DNA of 64,000 nt from Nitrospinales bacterium (GTDB lineage Bacteria > Nitrospinota > Nitrospinia > Nitrospinales > VA-1): NCBI GenBank assembly GCA_965223795.1, contig CBDCXL010000002.1, forward strand, positions 2,304,001-2,368,000, in the 5' to 3' direction. The notes under the pieces are model-generated. The model was not told the DNA's origin. It saw only the letters and a list, made by a program, of their open reading frames with translations, and made no database searches. The position numbers and the translations under genes were made by a program. Shown here in pieces: positions 49,579-58,781 of the stretch (within the stretch, counting starts at the first letter, position 1; each line of letters opens with the position of its first letter).

Positions 49579-50457
49579 TCAGGTGGAATGGGGGCTGAAG
49601 CTTTTGGGAGATTTCAGCAGGATGTTGATGAACCGGGTGAGCTGCCGCGACTTTTCCAGTTCCTTGTTCTGATTGTAAATCATGATGAGGTTGTTCATCA
49701 TGCGCACCAGCGTCTCCCGGTGCGTGGCCTGGGCAAGGAGGTGCTCCTCGAAGCGGTGGCCGAAATTTTCCACCCGCTGGATGCACTCGTCCCGGCTGAG
49801 AATCCGGCCCTGGTAAAAGGGGTCGAAGAACACCGGATCCTTGGGCGCGTTGTATTTGGCGATGTAGTGGCCGGGCAGTCCGACGCCAACCAGCGGCAGC
49901 CTGAGCCGCTCGCCGATGAGGACGCACAGGGCCGAAAGCGTGATCGGAATGCCGGTTTTGTTTTCCAGGACCTTGTTGAAATAGGTGTTGTCCGGATCGA
50001 GAAAATGCTCCTGGTTGCCTTTAAACTCCATTTCCTGAAACAGAAACCGGGTCACTTTCTCGACCACCTGAGCCGGCGTGTCCCCGGGCGTGAGATTGGA
50101 AGAAAGCTGGTGCGCCAAACGGTCCAGCCTGGCGGTCACCTCGGACGGATCGACGCCGGGATAGCCGAATTCCATGATGAGATGCACCCCTTTCTCCAGG
50201 TCGAGGTCGCCGGATCCTGCGGTGCGGCAAAGCTCGGTGAACCTGTTTGCGAGCTGGATGGGGAAGATGTCTTCGATCATCCTGCGCGCAATGACGCGGA
50301 TTTCGGGCTTTTCGTTGTTGGCGGCGATCTCCAGAAACGGCAGCGCGTCCTCGCCGATCTGAAGCAGCTGCTCCTTCACTTTCGCGCGCACGAACGGGTC
50401 CGCATCGTCCATCAGGCGGATCAGGCTTGAGATTTTCTGGCGGCTTTCCTGTGTCAT
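49579..50457 (-). CDS. SirB1/transglutaminase-like domain protein
   Basis: FKGN..F.DP.N, GIPITLS, GVGLPGHY, FDPF, RMMNNL. Confidence 0.85.
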   Translation of the reverse strand: MTQESRQKISSLIRLMDDADPFVRAKVKEQLLQIGEDALPFLEIAANNEKPEIRVIARRMIEDIFPIQLANRFTELCRTAGSGDLDLEKGVHLIMEFGYPGVDPSEVTARLDRLAHQLSSNLTPGDTPAQVVEKVTRFLFQEMEFKGNQEHFLDPDNTYFNKVLENKTGIPITLSALCVLIGERLRLPLVGVGLPGHYIAKYNAPKDPVFFDPFYQGRILSRDECIQRVENFGHRFEEHLLAQATHRETLVRMMNNLIMIYNQNKELEKSRQLTRFINILLKSPKSFSPHST

Positions 50458-50464
50458 AGAAAAT

Positions 50465-50504
50465 AAAAAAAGCCTGAACGGGCTTGGGCCGTCCAGGCTT
50501 TTTT
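50465..50504. terminator. Intrinsic terminator after the peroxiredoxin gene
   Basis: AAAAAAAGCCTG...CAGGCTTTTTT. Confidence 0.7.
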
Positions 50505-50521
50505 GACGTGCCCTTAAAGGA

Positions 50522-51157
50522 TCAGAGATTGGGTTGCGGCGTGGTCCTCAGGTACGGCTTGATGACCTTGTGCCCTTTCGGGAATTTTGCCGGAATGTCT
50601 TCCGTCTTGATCGCGGGGACCACCACGCAATCGTCGCCGTGCTTCCAGTCCACCGGCGTCGCCACCTGGTAATTGGCGGTGAGCTGCAACGAATCGATGA
50701 CACGCAGAATTTCATCGAAATTGCGGCCGGTGGACGCGGGATAGGTGAGCGACAATTTGACTTTTTTATCCGGACCGATGATGAACACCGTGCGGACGGT
50801 CAGGTTGTCGAGCGCGTTGGGATGGATCATGTCGTACATGGTGGCGATTTTCCGTTCCGGGTCCGCGATGATCGGGTAGTTGACGGTGCAGCTCTGCGTC
50901 TCGTTGATGTCCTGAATCCAGCCTTTGTGGGAGTCGACCGGATCGACGCTCAGCGCGAGAACCTTGACCCCTCTTTTTTCGAATTCGCCTTTCAGGTTGG
51001 CCACACGGCCCAGCTCGGTGGTGCAGACCGGCGTGTAATCTTTCGGGTGGGAGAACAGAACACCCCAGCTGTCCCCCAGCCATTTGTGAAATTCAATGGT
51101 TCCTTCGGAACTCTCTGCGGTAAAATCGGGTGCGGTGTCGCCTAATCGGATAGCCAT
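50522..51157 (-). CDS. 1-Cys peroxiredoxin (Prx6 type)
   Basis: FSHPKDYTPVCTTE, YPASTGRNFDE, ATPVDW. ATG at 51157 after AAGGA. Confidence 0.95.
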   Translation of the reverse strand: MAIRLGDTAPDFTAESSEGTIEFHKWLGDSWGVLFSHPKDYTPVCTTELGRVANLKGEFEKRGVKVLALSVDPVDSHKGWIQDINETQSCTVNYPIIADPERKIATMYDMIHPNALDNLTVRTVFIIGPDKKVKLSLTYPASTGRNFDEILRVIDSLQLTANYQVATPVDWKHGDDCVVVPAIKTEDIPAKFPKGHKVIKPYLRTTPQPNL

Positions 51158-51494
51158 CGTTGGTTTCCTTCTTATTATAAGTGGTGTTGATGAATGTGTT
51201 GCATTCTGGAATATCCGCCTGTCCCGGCGGGAGGTTTCTCGTTGAGATTTCAAAGCCCTGCGGCGAACGGGGCGGCCCCTGCGGGGGTTGTGCTCGAGCG
51301 AAGCGGATGCTTCCCCGCTTAATTCGCCTTTACTCAATAGGATGCCCGATTATAGCATAAGATTCCAAGCCGAATTGAAAAAAGAGGGCGGGCGCGCAAA
51401 CCCGTGCAACGGCGGTAACTCACTGGAAGTTATGGGACTGGAAAAGCGCCGGCGGGCCTTCGGGCGGATTCCGAAGAAGAAAGGATAGTTGGCC

Positions 51495-51887
51495 ATGGCG
51501 ATCGACGAACGCTATGAGGAGACAGTCATACTGCTGCAGAAAGTCTGGGTGTTCTTTGTGATTGCCCTGTATTGCGCCGGGTTCATGAACGAATACCATT
51601 TCCCCGGCGCGCGCGAGGAACCTCTGGAAAAAGAAGAGATCCTGTGGAACGCGCAGCGGGTGCTTTTCTTTGCGGTGATGTTCGCAGGCCTGTTGATCGA
51701 CGTGGTGCGCATGCGCGTGGATCGGGACAAGGCTTTCGTGTTCCTGTTTTTATCCCTCGCCCTCGGCGGGCTGTCGGGAGCGATCAGCGCGCTGCAATAC
51801 CAGGCGCTGGCCGCGCTGTTCGGCAGGGCGGAAACGGCTGTTTCCACATCGAGTGTGTTTCTCCTTCCGACTTTGGGATTTACCTGA
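51495..51887 (+). CDS. Small membrane protein
   Basis: Three hydrophobic segments; AAAGGA RBS. Confidence 0.6.
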   Translation: MAIDERYEETVILLQKVWVFFVIALYCAGFMNEYHFPGAREEPLEKEEILWNAQRVLFFAVMFAGLLIDVVRMRVDRDKAFVFLFLSLALGGLSGAISALQYQALAALFGRAETAVSTSSVFLLPTLGFT

Positions 51888-52026
51888 GCGCGGCCGGTTT
51901 CTCCTGGACGCGATGATGTTCGATGGGTGCAACGGCGTCCGGCTGAAAAGTTAAAATAGAAGAACTCCGAGCCGCAAATCGTGAATTGCCGCCGCGCGGT
52001 GGCGCCGCTATGCAGGTGCGCCCGTG

Positions 52027-52055
52027 TTGACTCACCCGGAGGGAAGTGCTAATTT
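52027..52055 (+). promoter_or_regulatory. Sigma70 promoter of tRNA-Lys
   Basis: TTGACT-N17-TAATTT. Confidence 0.55.
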
Positions 52056-52084
52056 AACGATACCGAACTCACCTTCAAACGCAA

Positions 52085-52160
<76 letters not shown>

Positions 52161-52168
52161 TATAAAAC

Positions 52169-52207
52169 AATGGCTTGTGGGTGTGTCCCATGAGCCATTT
52201 TTTATTT
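52169..52207 (+). terminator. Terminator after the tRNA
   Basis: AATGGCTTGTGGG/CCCATGAGCCATT hairpin followed by a T-run. Confidence 0.75.
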
Positions 52208-52680
52208 AATAAGGCTATAATAAGGTTTGTTCGTGGGTCTCTATCATGGCTCATAGTAGGAACTTCGGACTGGTGATCTAACTATAAAACGTATTGGCAT
52301 TCTTCAAATATGCGAACTCGTTTTCAATTCCTTTGCCTTCTTTGTCATAAATTTGGCTAGTTCCTTATTAAATAAAACTGTCCAAAGGTAATTGTCGGGA
52401 TGATCGAGAAAATTCATTCCTTGATCGAACTGTGTCGATAGAGACTCAGAGGGATTGGACAGTGGCGGCTTGATTAGTTCACAAAAGAAAGAGGGGGGGG
52501 TATGCCCCAAAATCAGGAGTGGATCGTGAGGGTTGGTGGCTCAGAAATTTTTTAATTTTTTTTATTTTTTGACTTTTTGGCCCAGGTGGCATTAGAGATG
52601 AGACTATTTCCAATGGTCTACTTTTGGCGAAGGTGGAGCAGTGGCCGCACGTTGTAGGTTGGTTCCAAGCTCAGGTCTGA

Positions 52681-53013
52681 TGACCTGCCCCTGTTATTTG
52701 TACCAGTTTCTAAGTTAGAGTTTCGACTTTTTGGGGGAGATAGGTTTCCGGAGCTGGAGGCCGGTATCCCAAGGCACTATGAGGTCGAAACCGGTTATAT
52801 TCCACCCGTCATCGCTCGATGAGCACTTGCGCCTCCCGAAGCGTGGTGAAGACTTCTCCATTTAACAGCTCATCTCGGAGCTTTCCATTGAACGATTCAT
52901 TGTAGCCATTCTCCCAGGGGCTGCCTGGTTCGATAAATAAGGTCTGCACTCCCAATCCTTCCAGCCAGGATCGAACTGCTTTTGCAGTGAACTCCGGTCC
53001 ATTGTCCGAACGG
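52681..53013 (-). mobile_element. IS3-family remnant (3' part of transposase and right inverted repeat)
   Basis: [45 protein letters not shown]; element end TGACCTGCCCC at 52681. Confidence 0.85.
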
Positions 53014-53620
53014 TTTGAGTGCGAAAGGGAAACTTTTTAATAAAATAATCGACAAAGTCGATTGCGTTTTCCTGCTTTAGTCTTTCGTATATTTTTAAAG
53101 CTCGAACTCGAGCGGCATCATCAACAGCGGTATATTAGAAATGTGTGATCTTTGTGCAATAAGATTAAGGGAAGATGAGGAATTTTACATCTACTTGGAT
53201 GTGATGGCCTGGGACCTGTTTCTCATAACGAACCGTCTGGATTGTGCGCCTTTTGGCATTTTGGGGCAATCGATTGAATCCGTGCCGTTTCAAAGTACGA
53301 TAAACGCCACTTCCAGAAACAGTGATGTCATGGTAACGCTTTAAATACCAAGTAATCCGATCAGGCCCCAAGTGATAGGTTTTTCTGATATGAAGGATCT
53401 TTTCCTCGACTTCAACTGGCATTCGGAGAGTAGGGTTTTCAGGTCAGGGTTTTTTATTAATCAATCCTTCTTCGCCAAATAATTCATAAGCATTTCTCCA
53501 CAGATAAAAAACAGCCCGTAAAATCCCAAAGTAACGGCAGGTTTTTCTGATATTCCCAATCTTCTTGGCATGATTTAGAACCCTAAGCTTCCTTTGAATA
53601 TCTCGCTTGGCTTTGCTCAT
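53003..53620 (-). pseudogene. IS481-family transposase remnant (5' part, several stops and frameshifts)
   Basis: KTCRYFGI...YLW, GPDRI.WYL.RYH, RYEKQVPGHHIQVDVKF, YTAVDDA.R.R, FPF...VRT. Confidence 0.85.
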
Positions 53621-53690
53621 CCCCATCTCCCCGCTAAATAGTTTCAAATTAACAAAACTGTCTACCGAGGTCGAACATTTCATTGTGATA

Positions 53691-55433
53691 CTAGATTTTT
53701 CTTCTATAAACTCCGTAAACTTCCTGCAATGCGCGGGTCCATTCATCGAGGGTCACCTGCTTGACGATCTTTAGCGTGGTTTCAAAAACATTGCCGCCGC
53801 TTTCTGCTACGCGCTTGAGTAAATCGATTTTTTCTTTGACTTCTTTCTGATTTCGATTCTTCTTGAATCGCTTCACATCATCCCGGCGTTTTTGCTTTAA
53901 TTCCCGGGATATTTCGACCCTTGGAATATCCGTATTGTCTTCTCTTCCTTCCATATAACGGTTGACGGCGATGATGGGCCGTTCCCCGGTGCGAACCTGG
54001 TGCTCATACAGTGCCGACGAATTTGCGATCTCATCGCGAAAAAAACCGATGTTTTTTGCTTGCAGGGTGCCTCCGAATTCCTCGATCTGACAAAAGTAAT
54101 CCAGAATTTTATTGATTACCAGAGTATAAATCTGACTCCTTCCCGAACCGTCGCTTAAAAAAGCCATCATGTCCTTCAATCCTCCCATCTCTTCCAGCAG
54201 GATCGCCTGGGCGTCGGAAGCGATGCGCACCGCTCCTTCTGTGGGTGTTGTGACCGGTTCGTCGTAGGAATTGCTGTGCAGTGCCTGCGGATAATTGAGC
54301 AGTGCATAAAACAACTCCAGTGCGGTTCTGGTGATGTTGTTCTGGATTTCCCTTTCGTAGAGACTCCTTCCTGAAGACTGGATGTGCGCTTTCAATTTTT
54401 GTGCGCCGGGGTCGTCCGCTCCATACACATCCCGCATGGCTACCGACCAAACCCTTCTCACCGCACTTAATAGAGCGATGTATTCAATATCGAGCCCGGA
54501 AGTGAAAAAAAAGGGCAGGCGCTTCCCGATGGTGTTGATTTCCATTCCTCTTTGCAGGGCCTGCTCCACATAGACAAACCCGTTGGCCAGAGTGAATGCG
54601 GCCTGCTGTATGGGGGTCGCTCCTTTCTGCTCGATATGGTAGCCGCTGACATTGATGGGGTAATACAAGGGGGCATTGGCTGCACACCATTCGAACATAT
54701 CCATCGCAAGCTCAATGGACTTTTCCAGGGGAAAAAGAAGCTCGTTTTGTGCGTCGTCTTCCTTGCAAGGGTCGGTTTGAGATGTCCCGCGCACCCTTTT
54801 TAAATTCTGTCCCTTCTCATTCGCGGCCTGAAGCCGGGCCGCGGTCATCCAAAGCGAGGGACCGTTGATCGTCATCGAAATGCTGACATCGTCTTCAAAA
54901 AAACCATCATACAATTCCAGCATATCCTGGTAAGTGGTCACGGAAACCCCGCCTTCACCCACATCCAGGAAATAGTCCGGATCGTCCGCTCCTCTTCCGA
55001 GAAGCGTATTTGTGTCGAATGCGGTGCTCAGCCGTCGGGAGGACTGCCGCTGGACTATGTATTTGAAGCGCTCGTTCGTCATTTCTGGAGAACCCAGACC
55101 GGCGAATATACGGGTGGGCTCTTCGTGCTCCCTTTTTCCATCGATGATCAGGTAGGCCGTCGGGTAGATGGACAGGCCGTAAGGAAATTCGCCCGGAAAC
55201 CCCCATTCTCCCTGGTAGCGCGCGATTTGCGAGGGATGGTCGATCCTGGGAACGGCGATGGAAGGGATGTGAAGGCCTGTCGGCAACGGATGGGACTGCA
55301 ATCTCTTCAGTTTTTCCTTCCATTGTGATTGCAGCTCTTGTTGATAAGCCGGATCGCGTTTTGCCTTTTCAACGGAGTCTTCCACCGATTGGCGGTACTG
55401 TTCGTTCGCGCGAACGATATCAGTGAGGGACAT
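53691..55433 (-). CDS. B12-dependent acyl-CoA mutase, substrate-binding subunit (C-terminal part of an IcmF-like enzyme)
   Basis: PGEFPY, PTRIFAG, RLSTAFD, SMTINGP, KEDDAQN, SGYHI, QSSGRSL, LHSNSYDE, YRR. Confidence 0.9.
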   Translation of the reverse strand: MSLTDIVRANEQYRQSVEDSVEKAKRDPAYQQELQSQWKEKLKRLQSHPLPTGLHIPSIAVPRIDHPSQIARYQGEWGFPGEFPYGLSIYPTAYLIIDGKREHEEPTRIFAGLGSPEMTNERFKYIVQRQSSRRLSTAFDTNTLLGRGADDPDYFLDVGEGGVSVTTYQDMLELYDGFFEDDVSISMTINGPSLWMTAARLQAANEKGQNLKRVRGTSQTDPCKEDDAQNELLFPLEKSIELAMDMFEWCAANAPLYYPINVSGYHIEQKGATPIQQAAFTLANGFVYVEQALQRGMEINTIGKRLPFFFTSGLDIEYIALLSAVRRVWSVAMRDVYGADDPGAQKLKAHIQSSGRSLYEREIQNNITRTALELFYALLNYPQALHSNSYDEPVTTPTEGAVRIASDAQAILLEEMGGLKDMMAFLSDGSGRSQIYTLVINKILDYFCQIEEFGGTLQAKNIGFFRDEIANSSALYEHQVRTGERPIIAVNRYMEGREDNTDIPRVEISRELKQKRRDDVKRFKKNRNQKEVKEKIDLLKRVAESGGNVFETTLKIVKQVTLDEWTRALQEVYGVYRRKI

Positions 55434-56685
55434 GTTCGGGCTCCATCAGGACCTGATACAACGCATCGACACCGGCATTTCTGTGTTCGATTGCGGTCGT
55501 GAGAAACAATCGGTCGCGGTTCACTTTTTTTCTCAGCAAACCGCTCACATGACGTGAACCCCAAAGCTCACTTTTATTCAACACAACGATAACCCCAGGC
55601 AGGTTCAACATTTCTTCCTTCTCGATTTGTAGAGCGCCGCCGATGTCCGGGGTGGCGACAAACACCGCCTGATCCACAAGGTCCACAATCCCGCTGTCCG
55701 GCTGCCCGATGCCGTAAGTCTCCACGATCACGTCGAAACCCGCGGCTTTGAGGATCTTGAGAACGTCGGGAAGTGCACGTGCGATCCCGTTTCCGTAGCC
55801 GCGGGAAGCCATGCTTCTAACGAAGACCCTGCTTGTGTCCACCCAGTTCTTATCGGTGGCATACATGTAAGCGATTCGATCGGCCAGCAAAGCACCGCCT
55901 GTGCTTCCTGAACTGGGATCGATCGCGACCAGAGCCAGCTTTCTTTTTTCTGTGCGCGGATCCTTGAAATACCGCAGTACCAGCTCATCGGTTAAAGTGC
56001 TTTTTCCCGATCCCCCTCGTCCAGCAATACCGATCACCGGGTGAGGGTTTCTCGAAGGCTGTAACCTGTCAAGGCAATCCTGGAAATAACGGCACCGTTC
56101 CAGAATTTCCTTTCTTTGCAAGCCGGACGAAGACAGATCGGTTTTTTCATTGCTATCACCCTCCTTCAGCAAGGACTCCAACCGGCTTTTTTCCTCCACG
56201 AGGTTGATCCAGCCGGAAACAGCCAAAGCATCTCCCTCCCGGACCGGATCCAGGAGATCCAGAGGATTCTCCGGAACCATGGAATAATCGTAATTTTCCT
56301 GAACGAAGGAAACGATTTCCTGGGATTCATCGCTGCGGAAAATTTTATCGATTCCCGATACTTTTTCCAGGACGGCAATGTCCTTTGGAGTGATCGTCGC
56401 TCCTCCTCCTCCTATCAAATGCACACTGGGATAATTTCGCTGTTTTAGTTTGTCCACGACCGCCTTGAAAAAGGGCACGTGGCCGCCGTTGTAGGAACTG
56501 ATTCCGGCGAAATGGATTCCTTCCTGGATGATGCCATCGACAAATTTATCAACCGTCAAGTCATATCCACCCAGGATGACTTCCACGCCTCCTTTTTTCA
56601 GGATGTCCGCAACGATCAAAATGGGCGCGTCATGTCCATCATTGCTCTTGACACCGATGAAACCTCGGATCTTGTTCTTTGGCAT
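55420..56685 (-). CDS. Cobalamin-binding domain fused to a MeaB/ArgK-type G-protein (N-terminal part of an IcmF-like enzyme)
   Basis: DGHDA, SSYNGGH, GGG; P-loop GRGGSGKST, DPS..TGGALLADRI, ETYGIGQ, NKSE. Confidence 0.9.
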   Translation of the reverse strand: MPKNKIRGFIGVKSNDGHDAPILIVADILKKGGVEVILGGYDLTVDKFVDGIIQEGIHFAGISSYNGGHVPFFKAVVDKLKQRNYPSVHLIGGGGATITPKDIAVLEKVSGIDKIFRSDESQEIVSFVQENYDYSMVPENPLDLLDPVREGDALAVSGWINLVEEKSRLESLLKEGDSNEKTDLSSSGLQRKEILERCRYFQDCLDRLQPSRNPHPVIGIAGRGGSGKSTLTDELVLRYFKDPRTEKRKLALVAIDPSSGSTGGALLADRIAYMYATDKNWVDTSRVFVRSMASRGYGNGIARALPDVLKILKAAGFDVIVETYGIGQPDSGIVDLVDQAVFVATPDIGGALQIEKEEMLNLPGVIVVLNKSELWGSRHVSGLLRKKVNRDRLFLTTAIEHRNAGVDALYQVLMEPEHVPH

Positions 56686-56748
56686 AGGGTAAGTTTTGTT
56701 GCGAACCTGGTGCGAGTGAGTGAATCACACACTCGACTTCAGCCTGCT

Positions 56749-57948
56749 TCAACGCTTGTCCAAAGAGACGTAGGTCCTCATGTCCTCGGCCCGGATTCCG
56801 TTGTACTGCTGTGCAGGCCGGAAAAGAGGACCACGGTTTTTTCTTTGCCTTGCGTTGTTGGCGACCCAGCCGAAATGGCGGGTGGACTGAAATATCGGTG
56901 TGTTGAGTATTTTGGGAATGCCGATCACCTTGTACAACAGACTGATCGGCAAGTCGGCATTGGGGGTTCGATCCTTTTCATTCAGCATGATTTCGCTGAT
57001 GATGTCGTAAATTTCGAAATACCGGCTCATCCCTCTTTTTTCAGCTAACGGCCTGGCAATGGACTCTGCAATTTTCACACGGGATTCCACTTTATTTTTA
57101 TAGTGCTTCAATCGATGGCCGAAACCGGCAATGACTTCCTTTTGCTTCAGTTTGTTGAAGATGTAATCCCTGGCTCTTTGCGGAGTCTCAATTTCGTCGA
57201 AAAGATCCGCCACCCTTTCGTTGGCTCCGCCATGCAGCACTCCTTTCAGGGAGACGGCGCCTGCAAGGAGAGGTGAATAGGGATCGGTGCCCGCAGACTC
57301 CGCCACCAAAGAAGTGAACGTGGAACAGTTGAGAGTGTGATCCAGATAAAGTATCAGTGTGACGTTCAGAGCATGGGCGATTTCCTCTTCCGGTTCGATT
57401 CCGATCATGTGAAGAAAATTGGCGGCGTAGTTCAGGGAAGGATCCGGAGGGATGATGGATTTTCCATGAATCATCCTGTATCCATTCGCGACGATGACCG
57501 GAATTTTCGCTCCCATACGGACTCCCGATTGCACGATCAGATCCGCCACACGGTCCGCTTCTTCCTTGGGTTTTTGCCATAAAGGATTGTGGTAATCCCG
57601 ATCAAACATGCGGGCAAACGAAAGTGTGGTCAAAAGATAATCCATCATTTGAACGTCCGAAGGATAGGTCCGCATGTGAGTAAGGATTCTTTCATCCAGT
57701 GTTTCGTGCGCCTTGAGTTGGGTGGTGAATTCACTGAGCTGACGTTTATCGGGCAACGCATCCTGCAAGAGGAGATACACGCTTTCTTCGAATAAACCTT
57801 TCACCAGGTCGAAAATGCTGTATCCCTTATAAAGAAGAAGGGGATCCCCGTCAGCGCCCAAAGTGGTTAAAGAAATATCAGAGGAACAGACGGGAACGCC
57901 GTCCAATCCGGTGTCTACTGTGTTAATGACTTCGCTGGTCTGGCTCAT
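56749..57948 (-). CDS. prpC: 2-methylcitrate synthase (citrate synthase family)
   Basis: GLDGV, DHTLNCSTF, LHGGANE, GFGHR, PNAD. Operon with prpB and prpD; specificity inferred from context. Confidence 0.8.
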   Translation of the reverse strand: MSQTSEVINTVDTGLDGVPVCSSDISLTTLGADGDPLLLYKGYSIFDLVKGLFEESVYLLLQDALPDKRQLSEFTTQLKAHETLDERILTHMRTYPSDVQMMDYLLTTLSFARMFDRDYHNPLWQKPKEEADRVADLIVQSGVRMGAKIPVIVANGYRMIHGKSIIPPDPSLNYAANFLHMIGIEPEEEIAHALNVTLILYLDHTLNCSTFTSLVAESAGTDPYSPLLAGAVSLKGVLHGGANERVADLFDEIETPQRARDYIFNKLKQKEVIAGFGHRLKHYKNKVESRVKIAESIARPLAEKRGMSRYFEIYDIISEIMLNEKDRTPNADLPISLLYKVIGIPKILNTPIFQSTRHFGWVANNARQRKNRGPLFRPAQQYNGIRAEDMRTYVSLDKR

Positions 57949-58780
57949 AGTTGAGAAATTTCTGGATGGCTTTCCGGTCCATCATCTTGTGCACGCAGTG
58001 TTCCTGGCTGCCATCCTGTTTCAGTTTTGAAAGCAGGGTTCCTGTTTGCCCTGCCAGATACCTGAATAAGGAAACCGGAAAAATAACGATATTGAAACCG
58101 AATTTCCAGAACTCACTGGCTTTGATGAAAGGCGTGTTGCCAAATTCGGTCATATTGGCGAGCAGGTAGCCCGGCACTTCTTTGCCGTAGCGTTCGAATT
58201 CCTCCCTGCTTTGCAGCGCCTCGGGAAAAATCACATCCGCCCCTGCTTCTCGATAGAGGTTTCCGCGATAAATCGCTTCCTGCAGTTGATCGTCGCCATT
58301 CACGTTGTAGGCGCCTCGCGCATCGGTTCTCGCGATCACCATGAACTCCGGATCGAATTTTTCCCGGGCGGCACACGCCCGTTTTATCTTGGCGATCATT
58401 GCCTCTCTGGAAACGATTTCCTTACCAGCAAGGTGGCCGCAGCGTTTCGGAAATGTCTGGTCTTCAATGTGCAAAGCGGCAAATCCTGCTTGTATGTATT
58501 TTTCGATGGTCTCCTCCATGTTCTGGAAACCCGTATCCGCATCGCAGATAACCGGGATGTCCACCGCCTTTACGATCCATCGTCCCAGGTAAACAAAATC
58601 CTCCAGTCCCAAGGTTCCGTCATCGGGAACGGCCATGCTGCCGGAAAGCCCCGCTCCGGAAATATAGACTCCCGGAAATCCCGCCTCCTCGACCTGTCTG
58701 GCCACGAAGGGATTGAAGACGCCGGGAAAAACCAATCCCGGTTCATTTTCCAGCAATTGCCTGAGACGGTTGCCGGCCAT
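57923..58780 (-). CDS. prpB: 2-methylisocitrate lyase
   Basis: DADTGF, HIEDQ..PKRCGH, ARTDA, LANMTEFG.TP. Confidence 0.9.
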   Translation of the reverse strand: MAGNRLRQLLENEPGLVFPGVFNPFVARQVEEAGFPGVYISGAGLSGSMAVPDDGTLGLEDFVYLGRWIVKAVDIPVICDADTGFQNMEETIEKYIQAGFAALHIEDQTFPKRCGHLAGKEIVSREAMIAKIKRACAAREKFDPEFMVIARTDARGAYNVNGDDQLQEAIYRGNLYREAGADVIFPEALQSREEFERYGKEVPGYLLANMTEFGNTPFIKASEFWKFGFNIVIFPVSLFRYLAGQTGTLLSKLKQDGSQEHCVHKMMDRKAIQKFLNYEPDQRSH

Positions 58781-58781
58781 G

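Noticed and set aside
52161..52680. Integrase or att duplication of the tRNA 3' end; ORF 52304-52510
   Set aside because: No tyrosine or serine recombinase and no repeat of the tRNA end were found in the window. The short ORF has no recognisable motif.
53691..55433. Ordinary methylmalonyl-CoA mutase
   Set aside because: Has Phe and Gln at the positions where MCM has Tyr and Arg, and IcmF-type motifs throughout.
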